From: Mobula hypostoma
Taxonomy: Eukaryota
Assembly: GCF_963921235.1 (NCBI RefSeq)
Contig: NC_086097.1
Span: forward strand, 155,126,001-155,190,000
Direction: 5' to 3'
DNA: 64,000 nucleotides
Shown: positions 12,717 to 25,425 of the stretch, piece by piece
How the letters are laid out: every line of letters begins with the position of its first letter
Position numbering within the stretch: the first letter of the stretch is position 1
The notes under the pieces: model-generated
Seen by the model: the letters and a program-made list of their open reading frames with translations, nothing else
Database searches by the model: none
Told to the model about the DNA's origin: nothing
Translations under genes and position numbers: made by a program

Positions 12717-14322
12717 GATAGTGCCAGAGGATCTTGACGGTGTCAGAGGTTCTTGACGGCGCCAGAATTTCTTGACAGCGCTAGAGGTTTTTGGTCGTGG
12801 CAGAGATATTTGCAGACCCAGGCGACTTCTTCCAGCTCATTCACAAAACAGCTTTTCTTCTTTTTTTCTCATGCCTCCCTTTTCCATTCAAGGTGGCTGG
12901 GTTTCTGTCAAAATCTGTGATCTACAGCTGCAGCTCAAACTATGGTTCTCCATGGGTGGTGGTTTCTTTCTCTTGGACTTGCTGTGTGGCCTGGTGTTTT
13001 CATATCTCCAGGTGTGGCCTGGAAGGCATAAGCCTTTGGTGTGTGGCCTGTGGCTTTCCCAGTTCCTCACTGATGTTACCAACTGAAGTGTTGCAGAGAC
13101 TGAAACATCAAGACAGTGGTCAGTGTGCACAATTATCAAAGGAAAGCTCCTGCACTTGAGTGATGTCTCTCTCTTGATGGTGAGTGAGAGTCTGTTGGTC
13201 CTCGAGTTGGGGAACTTGGGCAAGTGGTATTAAAAATTGTAACATTGCAACAGCAAGCTGCTAGCCTCCCCTCTTGTTGTTGCTAGAGTGATCTCTCTCT
13301 GTCTCTCTGTCTCTCTGTCTCTCTGTCTCTCTGTCTCTCTTTGCTAATGAGAGAGAGAGAGCCTGTCTGAGTGTTACAAAGGGGCGTTGGGGGCGGATCC
13401 AAGTGCAGGATACAGACACGGAGGTAATTCTAACAGAAGTGTATTTTATTAATAGTTGCCAGGAAAGCCAGAGAGCGAGGATTAGATGCTTGAATGTTGG
13501 ACAACAAACCAGAGGACCCTGGACTAGGACTTGGACACGGAGCTTGGACTTGACTTGGACACGGAGCCTGGACTCAGACTTGGACGCGGGACAACAAAAC
13601 AAAACAAAGACAGACAATTCATATCTTGGCTCGGAGCAGCAGCAAACAGCCTGCAATTCTCAGCTGAACATGAGATGACAAAACCCAACAACGACAGACA
13701 ATTCATATCGTGACACAGGGTAGCCCATGAAGTGGCAAATGGCCAGCAATCATTTAGCTGAACACGAAAGGACAGAATTCCCAAAGCAACCCCAGGCACC
13801 GAAGCCACTTAACATCAACCATTCTCGGCGGCCCAGAACATGCATTGCCTCACTGGCTGAGGAGTCCATTCTCAGCAGCCCCGGAACGTGCATTGCCTCA
13901 CTAGCTGCAGTGTGATGGTCCAGCACCGAGGAATTGCTGCCGGTTCGGATGAGGATCAGGTGCCCTAATCAAGGAGCCTGGTAGAATAGGGGGAAAAGGA
14001 AATTAACTGAAGTGAGGAGTCAACGGACAAGACCGTGACACTGAGATGTTGAAGTGTTGGGATGGACAGTAGTTTTTGATGGACTCTAGATCATGGTCTC
14101 TTTGGGAGCTTTGCTATTATTTTCATGGTGACTGGTGGGAGATTGAGACTTTTTCTAGAGCAAGTGAAAGGGTGGAGAGGGAGCTCGACGCTTTTTCTGC
14201 TAATTGTGCATTGGGGAGGGGGGGCTTTGGGATTCTAATATTTTGTGCACATCTGCAAAGAGTAAGAATTTCAGTTTGTATACTGTATACATTCTCTGAT
14301 ATTAAATTGAACTATTAAATTG
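12717..14322 (+). mobile_element. Non-coding Rex1-tailed non-autonomous retroposon containing a solo LTR
   Basis: 5' tandem GACGGYGCCAGAGG units, (CTCTCTGT)n tract, 3' end shared with 16886-17150. Confidence 0.6.
13372..14040 (-). mobile_element. Solo LTR (669 bp), Gypsy-like
   Basis: TGTTAC...GTGACA termini; CTGAG at 13367-13371 and 14041-14045; AATAAA on the minus strand near 13447; internal GGACTTGGACACGGAGC tandem repeats. Confidence 0.92.
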
Positions 14323-14610
14323 ATTAAAGGCAGGTGACTAGAACTGCCCACAATACTCTAGATTTGGCCTTACCAATGTCTTGTACAACATCACCACTGT
14401 AAAATTATGCTGGAGAGGTAGTGATGGAAAACAAGGAAATGGTAGATGAACTTAATAACTATTTTGCATCATTCTTCACTGTGTAAGACACTAGCAGCAG
14501 GTCAGAAGTTCAAGAGTGTCAGGGAGCAGAAGTGAGTGGAATTGCTATCACTAAGGAGCAGGTTCTTGGGAAGTGAAAAGGCCTGGACCAGACAGACTAC
14601 ACCCCAGGAT

Positions 14611-15571
14611 AGTCATAGTCGTAGTCATACTTTATTGATCCCGGGGGAAATTGGTTTTCATTACAGTTGCACCGTAAACAATAAATAGTAATAAAACCAT
14701 AAATAGTTAAATAGTAATATGTAAATTATGCCAGGAAATAAGTCCAGGACCAGCCTATTGGCTCAGGGTGTCTGACCCTCCAAGGGAGGAGTTGTAAAGT
14801 TTGATGGCCACAGGCAGGAATGACTTCCTATGATGCTCTGTGTTGCATCTCGGTGGAATGAGTCTCTGGCTGAATGTACTCCTGTGCCCAACCAGTACAT
14901 TATGTAGTGGATGGGAGACATTGTCCAAGATGGCATGCAACTTGGACAGCATCCTCTTTTCAGACACCACTGTCAGAGAGCCCAGTTCCATCCCCACAAC
15001 ATCACTGGCCTTAGGAATGAGTTTGTTGATTCTGTTGGTGTCTGCTACCCTCAGCCTGCTGCCCCAGCACAACAGCAAACATGATAGCACTGGCCACCAC
15101 AGACTCGTAGAACATCCTCAGCATTGTCCAGCAGATGTTAAAGGACCTCAGTCTCCTCAGGAACTAGAGATGGCTCTGACCCTTGTAGACAGCCTCAGTG
15201 TTCTTTGACCAGTCCAGTTTATTGTCAACTCGTATCCCCAGGTATTTGTAATACTCCACCATGTCCACACTGACCCCCTGGATGGAAACAGGGGTCACTG
15301 GTACCTTAGCTCTCCTCAGGTCTACCATCAGCTCCTTAGTCTTTTTCACATTAAGCTGCAGATAATTCTGCTCACACCATGTGACAAAGTTTCCTACCAT
15401 AGCCCTGTACTCAGCCTCATCTCCCTTGCTGATGCATCCAACTATGGCAGAGTCATCAGATGACAAGACTCTGTGCAGTAGTTGAAGTCCAAGGTGTAAA
15501 TGGTGAAGAGAAAGGGAGACAAGACAGTTCCCTGTGGAGCCCCAATGCTGTTGATCACTCTGTCGGACACA
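14611..15571 (-). mobile_element. 5'-truncated Rex1/Babar LINE
   Basis: GAPQGTVLSPFLF, DDSAIVG, LNVKKTKELMVD and SFLPVAIKLYN motifs; (CTATGA)n tail; TSD CAGGAT at 14605-14610 and 15572-15577. Confidence 0.93.
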
Positions 15572-15860
15572 CAGGATTCTGAAAGAGGAAGGTGAAGAGA
15601 TTGTGGAGGCATTATCATGATCATTCAAGAATCACTGGTATCTGGCATGGTTCTGCAGGACTGGAAAACTGCAAGTGTCACACTCCTCAAGAAGGGAGGG
15701 AGTGAGGCAGAAGAAGGGAAATTATTGGCCAGTTAGCCTGATTTCAGAGGTTGGGAAGATGTTGGATTTGACTGCTGAAGGAAAGGTTTCAGGGTACTTG
15801 GAGAAAGATGGTAAGATAGGCCAAAGTTAGTATGGTTTCCTGAAGGGAAATCTTCCATAT

Positions 15861-15950
15861 CGCGGGGGTTATATGGGAGGCAGGGTTTGAGGGTCGGCAC
15901 AACGTTGTGGGCCAAAGGGCCTGTACTGTGCTGTACTATTCTATGTTCTA
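15861..15950 (+). mobile_element. Short CR1 3' tail insertion
   Basis: Matches the reverse complement of 61765-61860; (TTCTA)n tail. Confidence 0.75.
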
Positions 15951-16045
15951 TGAATATCTTGGAATTCTGTGAGGAAAGAATAAGCAGGATAGACAAAGGA
16001 GGGTTGTGTACGTGCTTGAATTTTCGGAAGGCCATTGACACAGTG

Positions 16046-17150
16046 GAAAGAAGGTGGAGCTTAGGAGACGATGGCACCTAATAGCAACTCCTTTACTTGC
16101 ATCTTTGGAAATAGCTCTATTTCTATATTTAATATCTCTGTTTTACCCTTTGAAGACCCTAACCTGGAGTTACACGCTGACTTCGGTTCTTTGCAGGAAT
16201 GGGACCCATTCTCGGGGTCTCATGACTGGTCGCTATTTGACATACCAAGGATGCGGCCTAGAAGACTAGCACTCCTTCGGGGTTCTGGGATTTCATGGCT
16301 CTGGAGGTGGGCAAACTTGAGGTCGGTGCCTCCGCAGGAAATCAATGTGTCGTGGTAGATGGAAGATCGAAAGCAGCAAGCTGGCTGTGTGCCCAGAGAC
16401 CCGAGTTCTTCAGGCACAGAGCTTGGAAAAAGCTCCACAACAGACTTTTAACATCATAAATCAACAAGTTGTTTGTTATGTCTTCCCTCTCACTGTGAAA
16501 CAAACTCATTCATAAGGCCAGTGATGTTGTGGGGATGGAACTGGACCCTCTGACGGTGGTGTCTGAAAAGAGGATGCTGTCCAAGTTGCATGCCATCTTG
16601 GACAATATCTCCCATCCACTACATAATGTACTGGTTGGGCACAGGAGTACATTCAGCCAGAGACTCATTCACTGAGATGCACCACAGAGCGTCATAGGAA
16701 GTCATTCCTGCCTGTGGCCATCAAACTTTACAATTCCTCCCTTGGAGGGTCAGACACCCTGAGCCAATAGGCTGGTCCTGGACTTACTTCCTGGCATAAT
16801 TTACATATTACTATTTAATTATTTATGGTGCAACTGTAACGAAAACCAATTTCCCCCGGGATCAATAAAGTATGACTATGACTATACCTTTTAGGGAGAG
16901 AGAGCACCTGTGGTATGTCGAATTACTGGGTGAACGAGTAGTCTTTGGAGTACTGCAAGTCTGTGTCTTTATTATGCTTTGCTGCATGCTTGAGTGTTTA
17001 GTGGGGGGTGCCAATGCTTTTTTGGGGGGTTCTAACATTTAACTGTCAATCATTCTTTGGGGCTCTCCTTTGTTTTCATGGATGGTTGCAAAGAAAAAGC
17101 ATTTCAGGATGTATATTGTACACATTTCTCTGACATTAAATGTACCTATG
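16046..17150 (+). mobile_element. Second non-coding Rex1-tailed retroposon with a nested Rex1 copy
   Basis: GATGGCACC 5' motif; 3' part GAGAGAGAGCACCTGTGGTATGTCG...CTCTGACATTAAATG shared with the 12717-14322 element. Confidence 0.6.
16501..16884 (+). mobile_element. Rex1/Babar 3' fragment
   Basis: Near-identical to the reverse complement of about 14611-15030; (CTATGA)n tail. Confidence 0.9.
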
Positions 17151-17479
17151 AAACACGGCGCTGCACATGAGGCTGTTCAGCAAGATAAGAGCTCAGGATA
17201 TTACAGGAAAGACACTAGCATCGATAGAGCATTGGCTGATTGGCAGGAGGCAAAGGGAAGCTTTTCTGGTTGGCTGCCTGTGACTAGAGGTGTTCTGCAG
17301 GGGTTTGTGTTAGGATGGCTTATGGCTTATTGTATGTCAATAATTTGGATGATGGAATTGATGGCTTTGTGGCCATGTTTGTGAACAATATGAAAATAGG
17401 TGGAGGAGCAGGTAATGTTGAGGAATAATAGATCTGTATTTATAGTTCTCTTCGTTTTACTGTTTTCAATAGTTCACTG

Positions 17480-18940
17480 TGATTCACTGAATAAGTCCAA
17501 CCTTGGTTTATTCTCCCATAGTGCAATACTTCACACTTGTTTACATTCAATTCCATCTGTCATTTTTCAAGCTATCTTCCCAGCTGGCCAAGATAAGGCT
17601 TCAAACTTTTGATAGCCTTCCTCACTGTCCATTATGTTCTTAATCATAGTGTCATCTACATGACCATATCATCTAAATCACTAATATAGATGATAAACAA
17701 TAATAGACCCAGCATTGATCCCTGCAAAACACCACTAGTCACAGGTCTCTACTCAGAAAGAGACACAACTTTCTGGTTTCTCCTGCTAAGCCAATGTTAA
17801 AAACAGTTGACTGCTTTGTCCTGGTCATGAGTGGTCCATTGAGTACCAGGATCTTGTGTCAGATTAGGGACCTCTGGGGCAGGGTCAGGGTTAGAGTTGT
17901 GGAATGATATAGGGGTGGAGATGGACAGAACTAAACTATAGAGTTGTGGTAGATTTAGAGATGATTAAAGATTTGGGTTTGAGGTTGGTGGTTGGAGTCA
18001 TTATTACAATGTTAAGATGGCCTGAAGGTGAAGAGTTAAATATGGAAACAAACCTGAATGGGGCTCCCAGTTTTGCTCTTCAATCTGTTATAAAGTCAGA
18101 ATCACACAGCTGGGAAACAGGCCCTTCGGCCCATCTGGTCCATGTTGACTCTGTTGCTCAATGAACTAGTTCCATTTGCCCAATCTATGTGCATATCTAG
18201 AATGCTTTTAAGTGTTGCTGATGTGCCCACTTCAAATATTATTTCTGGCAATACACACCACACCTTGCGTGAACAGGATGCCCTGGTGTTCCTTTCAAAT
18301 ATCTTGCCTTTTATCTTAGAAATATGCCCTCTTTTTTCAGCACACCCTCCCTGGGAAAAGACTATATTCTTTCACCCTGTATGTGCCCCTCATGATCTTG
18401 TATAGTTCTATCACTCTTTGAGATATTACTCAATCTCTTACATTCCAGTTCTAGTCTACGCAACCCCACCTTGCATCTCAGCTCCACCCCACCCCTACTA
18501 AGTCGAGACAACAACCTGGTAATTTCTTCTTTCTGAACACTTTATCTAATTTAATCATACTTTTCTTATAACTATGTGACCAAATCTGAACACTATACTA
18601 TGTGTGTCCTCACGAATTTCTTACACAACAGTAACATCACTTCCCAACTTGAGTGATGAAAGCCAGCATGCCAAATGCCTTCTTTATCACCTTGCCTATC
18701 TTTGGCGCCAGCGTTCACAAACAATGCAATGCACTACTAGGTCCCATTATTCCAGGAATTGTATAGTCCTACCACTAGGTTATTTATGAATCTGATCTAG
18801 TTTCTCATCTGGATACCATGCAATGTAATCTTCTAGATTAGCCTGATATGAGGATCCTTGCCAAAGGTCTTGCTAAAATCCATTTGGACAACATCCACTA
18901 CCCTATCATCATCTACCTTCTTGGTTACCTCCTTCATTTT
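17480..18940 (-). mobile_element. Old CR1 fragments (about 17480-17820 and 18090-18940)
   Basis: Minus strand gives VVDVVQMDFSKTFGKDPH and GVLQGSMLG-type RT motifs; CR1 3' end near 18095-18150. Confidence 0.65.
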
Positions 18941-19243
18941 TCTGTTATAATGGCAGCAAGGTTTATATTCGAGGTCAGAGTCCTCAATCATGTAGGATGC
19001 TATGATTAGGAAAAAGTTAGATGGTCCCCAGTAGTTGATGGCAGATGGACCACTGACAAAAGATCTGTCAGGAAAGGTAACTTTGTCTGCTAATAATTTC
19101 ATTTTCTTGTTTAATTATACAGTCTGTTGTAGGTTAACAGTTTTCTTTATATGTACCTGTTTTTTCTTTGTATTATATCATTTTCGTTTTAATCGGTGTA
19201 CTTTTTTTTACTTCTTTACTGTTTTATGACTTTAGCTGATCTT

Positions 19244-19283
<40 letters not shown>

Positions 19284-19331
19284 CATATATATGTATATAT
19301 TTATATATATATATTTTTTTTTATATATATA
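19244..19331. repeat. (TA)n microsatellite in the L1 spacer
   Basis: Interrupted TA/CA dinucleotide run. Confidence 0.95.
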
Positions 19332-19604
19332 CACTTTTCCTTAGTGAGCGTCTATCGGAAGTCATGTGGGTAGATTTAGAGCTCGCTTCTTTCTGGCTGG
19401 TCTATCTTAGATTTAGCTTTGGGGTTACGGGGTGGGGGGGGCTTCACTTTTTAGTTTTTCTTTGTTCTGGGGCTAATACTTCTTTACTGAAGTATTTGTC
19501 GCGTTCTCTTTCCCGTTATCTCCTGTTTATTCTGTTCCCTTTCCAGGTTCGTGGGTCGAACCCATTGTCACTCCTCCTTTATTTGAGGGTTGATTTTAGG
19601 GTTT

Positions 19605-22600
19605 ATGGAGTCTACTATTAATTTTGTCTCTTGGAATACTAACAGTCTTAATCATCCAATAAAAAGGAAAAAAATCTTTTAAGTATTCCGGAGACTTAAA
19701 GCACATATTCTATTTTTACAAGAGACCCATGTGCGGAGGGGGGACAGATTATGTTTTTTTAAGTTCTGGAAGGATAAACACTTCCATTCGAATTCCAATG
19801 CCAAAATTTGAGGAGTTTCTATTTTATAGATCCCTCAATCACTTTTGTGCAACATGATATTATTTCTGATCCGAATGGTAGATTGGTTAGTGGTTTACTC
19901 TTTAATAAAATGGTAGTTTTGGTTAATGTCTATGCTCCTAACCTGGACTATCCGGAATTTTATAAATCATTATTTAATTTGTTCCCGAATTTGAATGAGT
20001 TTTCACTAATCTGGGGCAGAGATCTTAATACTTGTTTATCCTCATTATTGGACCGTTCGGCTCCTTTACAGACTCTACCCAATAAATCTGCAACCTTGAT
20101 TAATTCATTTCTCTCAGATTCCGGGTCAACGGACATTTGGCGTTTTTTGCATCCTCAGGAAAAAGATTTCTCTTTTTTTTCACATGTTCATCATTTCTAT
20201 TCAAGAATTGATTATTTTTTTATTGACTCTCGTCTTATTTCTTCAGTGGTTAAATGTGAATATGACTCTATAACCATTTCAGATCATGCTTCACTTAAGC
20301 TTTCTATTAAAATATTGGCCAATACACAAAATAATAGACAATGGTGTTTTAATTCGCTGTTGCTTCAGGACTTGGATTTTGTTAACTTTATGAATGAACA
20401 GATTGATCTCTTTTTTACAATTAACTGTACAGAGGATATATCCATGAATACCCTTTGGGATACTTTTAAAGCTTATATTCGTGGCCAGATCACCTCGTAC
20501 TCTGCTGCTTTGAGGAAAAGGTTGAAGGAGGAGGAGCTGGTTCTTGTGGATAAGATTAAGGAAATTGATAAGAAATATGCTACAGCTCCCTCTGAGAAGT
20601 TGTATAAACAAAGAACTGAACTTCAAATGGAACACAGTTTATTACTTTCGTCCTCTATTGCAAATCAATTAATGAAAACGAAGCGAATTTTATATACACA
20701 GTGACAAAGTTGGTAAACCGCTGGCTAATCAGTTGAAGACTAACTCTACTAAATTTCAAATTAATCAGATTTATAGTCAAAAAGATCGACTGACATTTGA
20801 TCAAGCTGAGATTAATCAATCCTTTTTTGACTTTTATTCCGACTTATATCAATCAGAGTCTCCACGAGATTCTAAACATGTGTTTGACTTTTTAGATAAC
20901 CTAGATTTCCCTAAGATTTCACACGATATATCTTCTATGTTAGACACTTCCTTTACCACTGATGAGATTAAGAATGTTATTTTTTCTATGAACCCGGGGA
21001 AAGCTCCTGGTCCTGATGGGTTTACCGTGGAATTTTATAAATTTTTTGCATCCTCATTAATCCCTTGGCTATTCAGGGTTCTGGAGGCCTCATTAAAACT
21101 TGGTAAACTACCTGAATCCTTTTATAGAGCATCGATCTCTTTAATATTAAAGAAGGATAAAGACCCTGCTCAATGTGCATCTTATTGACCAATATCTTTG
21201 TTAAATGTTGACTCTAAAATTTTTTCTAAATTATTAGCAAACAGACTAGAAAAAGCACTTCCTTATATTATCTGGGAAGACCAAACGGGCTTTATTAAAA
21301 ATTGTTACTCTTTTTATAATATTCGTACACTTTTAAACATTGTCTATATCCCGTCACAAAATGATCCTGAATGCGTAATTGCCCTAGACGCTGAAAAAGC
21401 CTTTGACAGGGTCGAATGGCCTTACTTACTTAAGGTGCTTGAAATGTTTAACTTCAGCCTGAAATTTATATCCTGGATCAAATTGTTATATCATTCTTCT
21501 ATGGCCTCAGTTCGTACTAACTCTTTAAATTCACCTTTTTTCCCTCTTTTTCGAGGTACCAGACAAGGTTGTCCTCTTAGTCCTTTATTATTTGATATTG
21601 CATTAGAACCTCTTGCAATTGCTATTCGAGAATCTCCTAATATTATTAGTATAACTCGTGGTTTAAAGTCTCATAAAGTATCACTTTATGCTGATGACTT
21701 ACTTTTATATATTTCTAATCCTCAAAAATCTATTCTTGCAGCTTTAGATTTATTAGCACAATTTAGTCTTTTTTCAGGTTATAAGTTAAATCTCAGTAAG
21801 AGTGAACTGTTCCCGATTAATAAGCAAATTCCCTTATATCAGAACCTCCCGTTTAAATTGGGTAATGATCATTTTTCATATCTTGGGATTAAAATTACCT
21901 GTAAACATAAGGATTTATTTAAGACTAATTTCCTACCCTTAATTGATCACATTACACAACTTTCATTTAAATGGTCTCCACTTTATTTAACTTTGATTGG
22001 TCGTATTAATGCTCTTAAGATGTTTATTCTGCCAAAATTTTTATATATATTTCAGGCATTACCGATTTTTGTTCCAAAATCCTTTTTTGACAAAGTTGAC
22101 TCTAAAATTTCTTCATTTATTTGGCAAAATAAAAACCCGAGACTGGGTAGAATACATCTACAGAAAGCTAAGAGAGATGGAGGTTTGGCATTACCAAATT
22201 TTAGATTCTATTATTGGGCAATTAATATTCGACACATGAAATTTTGGTTACTTGACCAAGATACACTATCCATTCCTAAATGGGTAGTATTGGAATTACG
22301 ATCTGCTCAAGGTTATGCACTTGGCTCCATTTTAGGTTCTTCTCTTCCTTTCAATTTGAAACGCCATAAACAGCTTTGTAACCCGATAGTAAAACATACC
22401 TTATGCATTTGGTTTCAATTCCGAAAATTTTTCGATCTTAATCATCTGGGCTAGCGATTCCTATTTTAGGCAACATATTCTTTCCCCCTTCCTCTACGGA
22501 CCATGCCTTTCAAATTTGGAAGACCAATGGTATATCACGGTTTTTGGATTTATTTTTAGATGGCTCCCTTATGTCTTTTGAACAATTATCTAACAAATAT

Positions 22601-23371
22601 AACTTACCAAGAATACATTTTTTAAAATATCTCCAAGTTAGAAATTTCCTAAGTACCATACTTTCTTCCTTTCTGGCGTTACCCCCTACATATATTTTAG
22701 ATACTATGATTAACCTTAACCCAAGTCAGAAAGGTGTAATGGCTATTATTTATAATACTATCATGAAACTTAGGAAAGCTCCTTTCGATAAGATTAGGTC
22801 AGATTGGGAAGAGGAATTGGGCTTCACTATTTTGGCAGATGACTGGGTGTATATTTTACAACTAGTCAATACTTCCTCTATCTGTTCCAAACATTCCCTA
22901 ATTCAATTTAAAATTGTTCTTAGAGCACATATGTCTAAAGATAAATTAGCTCGTTTTTATTCTCATATTAACCCTCTTTGTGACAGATGTCATGGGGAGA
23001 TAGCTTCCTTAACTCATATGTTTTGGTCCTGTCCTACTTTGGAAACTTTTTGGAAAGACATTTTTAATATTATCTCAAAGGTATTGATTACAGATATTTC
23101 TCCCCATCCTATTACCGCTATCTTTGGATTACCTAAGATTTCCAGTAATCTTTCCCCTTCAGCCCATAGAATGATTGCATTTCTTACTTTAATGGTGAAA
23201 AGATGTATTTTACAACATTGGAAGGAGATTAATGCCCCAACTACCTTTTTTTGGTTTTCTCAGATGATACTATGTTTAAATTTGGAAAAAATCAGAAGTA
23301 ATCTTTATGATACTTCAGATAAATTTGAACAGACCTGGAGATCTTTTATTCAACATTTTCATTTAATGTAA
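19605..23371 (+). pseudogene. L1 ORF2 pseudogene (APE endonuclease, reverse transcriptase, CCHC zinc finger)
   Basis: MESTINFVSWN, FLQETH, NVYAPN, SRIDYFF, ISDH, KAPGPDGF, DAEKAFD, RQGCPLSPLLF, YADD and CDRCHGEIASLTHMFWSC; at least 6 stops or frameshifts. Confidence 0.95.
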
Positions 23372-24485
23372 CATTTTTTTTCTGTTTGCCCATATTGACA
23401 TCCCCTTCTTGCTTTTTAACTGTTTATAATGGAGGTCGGGATGAGGATGTGATTGTTTTAAGTTGTTTAAGTCTATTTGATATCTAGTTAGCCCATTGCT
23501 TTGCTTTGCTTTTTTTAGATTAATTGCACGGTGGGTTTTTTTTTGGGGTCTTTCTTTTGGGTTTTTTCTTCTCTTTATTGATATATATGGAAAACTAGTA
23601 TACTGTTACATTACCTCATTATTTTACAACTAAACTGCACTGTTTGTACTATTTTTTGTGTATTAATATCTCTTGTAAATTTATATCACAACAGTGTATT
23701 AGTTTCTACATGGCTTACCTTTTGTGTACTAATTCAATAAAAAGATTTAAAAAGGAAAGGTAACTTTGTCACTTACTAACCTATGACAGTAGTTGGGTGA
23801 CTTAGACAGGAGCTTCAGTGACGAAGAGTGATCTGCATGGAGTTGTAAAATCATGGCGATATAAAGCATAAAAACAGGGTCCTTCCATCCACCAAGTCCA
23901 AGTTGGCTATCATAAAACTATCATTATACTCTTCTTATTCTAATTCATCTTATTTGCAGAAAGGCAAAAGAGTGACCCGATCAGTTATTGGAAGTCACAA
24001 AGTGACCGCAGGATGGTTATGAGTAGGTCAAGAGTCCCGCCTAGAGCAGAATGAGGTAGAGAAAGGGAAGGTAGTCAAATGTTCATCAAGGGTGATCTCT
24101 CGCCCTAAAGTGCAGGTATATCCCCAAGGAATATCGGCTTTTTGTCATTTACTAGAAGTTACTGATCAGGACTTCTGTATAGCTAGTATTCATTTAATTG
24201 ATGGTCTATTCTAAACACAGGGACAAAGGAATACAGGAGAAAGAGTAGGACACCTCACTTATGATTGTAAAACCCCTCAGCGTTTCATGCCAATACCTTC
24301 ACCACAACTGAAGCTTTGCTGAATGCAGCGTGGTAAAAGTTCCAGTCAGGAGCAATTCCTGATTTAAAACCTGAGATTGATAGATTTTGGTCAATTGGAT
24401 CCAGTCAGGGTAGTGCAGATCTACCACAATCTCATTAAAAGGTGAAACAGGTTTATGAAGTAAAATAGCCAACTCTTGTTTCAAT

Positions 24486-24615
24486 GCAAAAAGGTCTGCA
24501 GATGCTGGAAATCCAAGTAATGTACACAAGATGCTGGAGGAACTGAGCACCAGCCAGCAACTATGGAAAAGAGTAAACAGTCAACGTTTCAGGCCAAGAC
24601 CCATCACTAGGACTG
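24486..24615 (-). mobile_element. Solo Penelope terminal-repeat copy with degenerate hammerhead
   Basis: GATGCTGGAAATCCAAG...GCTGGAGGAACT...ACGTTTCAGGCCAAGACCC...GGACTG, same family as 49705-49822. Confidence 0.75.
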
Positions 24616-25136
24616 TTCATATATCTTGCTTTAATGCTTTCTGGTTCTGATGAAAGATCATTGACCTGAAAGGTTAATGCCATTTCTCTCTGCAATGGAG
24701 ACTCCATGCTTGTCAAGTTGTTCCAATATTTTCCATTTATATTTAATTATGAATCATTGCTTGCCTGACCTTTCGTTGAAAAGGAACATTGCAACATTAT
24801 TTGAGATCCTGTTTCCATCATAGTATCCCATAGGTGGCATCCAAACACCACTATTTGATTTTGAGTAATACTGCAAAAAATCACTGGATTGTATTGAAGC
24901 ATTACACAGATTTTTTTTAAATAGCATGCCTCCTAGGCAATCAGAATAAATTAGGTATTTACATATAAATACTGTATTTTTTTCTCATAAAAGGTCACTG
25001 GAGTCTCACCAACAGTCAAGCAGAAAATCCTGGAGTAATGTCATGGTTATTAGGTAAATACTTGCCACCCACTGAAGCTGAGACTGATTTAGGTTTCCTT
25101 TTCAACCTCTTGTCAGTGCTGATCCAATACCTGCTT

Positions 25137-25425
25137 CAGTAGCACAGTGGTTAATGCGACAATATTAGAGTTTGCGTACCATAGTTCAGAGTTCAATCCC
25201 AGTGCTCTCTATAAAGACTTTGCATATCATCACCACAGAATGCGTAGGTTTTCTCTGAGTGCACCGGTTTCATCCCACAGTCAAAATACATACAGGTTAG
25301 TGGGTTATGGGTCATTGTAAATTGTCCCACGATTAGTTTAGGGGTAAAGTGAGGGTTGCTGTGCAGCAGGTCTCGAAGGGCCGGAGAGCCTATTCTGTGC
25401 TGTATCTCTAAATGAAAAGTAAAAG
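25137..25425 (+). mobile_element. V-SINE
   Basis: A-box TAGCACAGTGG, B-box GAGTTCAATCC, CCGGTTTCATCCCACAGTC core, CR1-like tail. Confidence 0.75.

Larger units (their letters stand above)
12245..14395 (-). mobile_element. CR1 3' fragment (12245-12716 plus 14325-14395) split by nested insertions
   Basis: ORF 12381-12572 gives RTKGHSFKVKG...FTQRVVEVWNKL; CR1 sequence ...TATCTTTCCTG continues as AGGCAGGTGACTAGAACTGC at about 14327. Confidence 0.8.
14400..17428 (+). mobile_element. CR1 RT fragment broken into four pieces (14400-14610, 15572-15860, 15951-16045, 17150-17428)
   Basis: Collinear CR1 motifs (EMVDELNNYFAS, DWKTASVT, EFCEE, WLPVTRGVLQG) across three insertions. Confidence 0.8.
19088..23752 (+). 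mobile_element. 5'-truncated L1-clade LINE (spacer, full-length disabled ORF2, 3' UTR)
   Basis: Perfect 18-bp TSD AGGAAAGGTAACTTTGTC at 19070-19087 and 23753-23770; AATAAA and A-rich end; no ORF1. Confidence 0.96.

Noticed and set aside
13261..13915. Overlapping ORFs with repeated peptides
   Set aside because: They are products of tandem repeats within a solo LTR and the (CTCTCTGT)n tract.
19196..19621. 141-aa hydrophobic ORF as L1 ORF1 or a membrane protein
   Set aside because: It arises from the (TA)n tract and T-rich spacer and has no ORF1 motifs.
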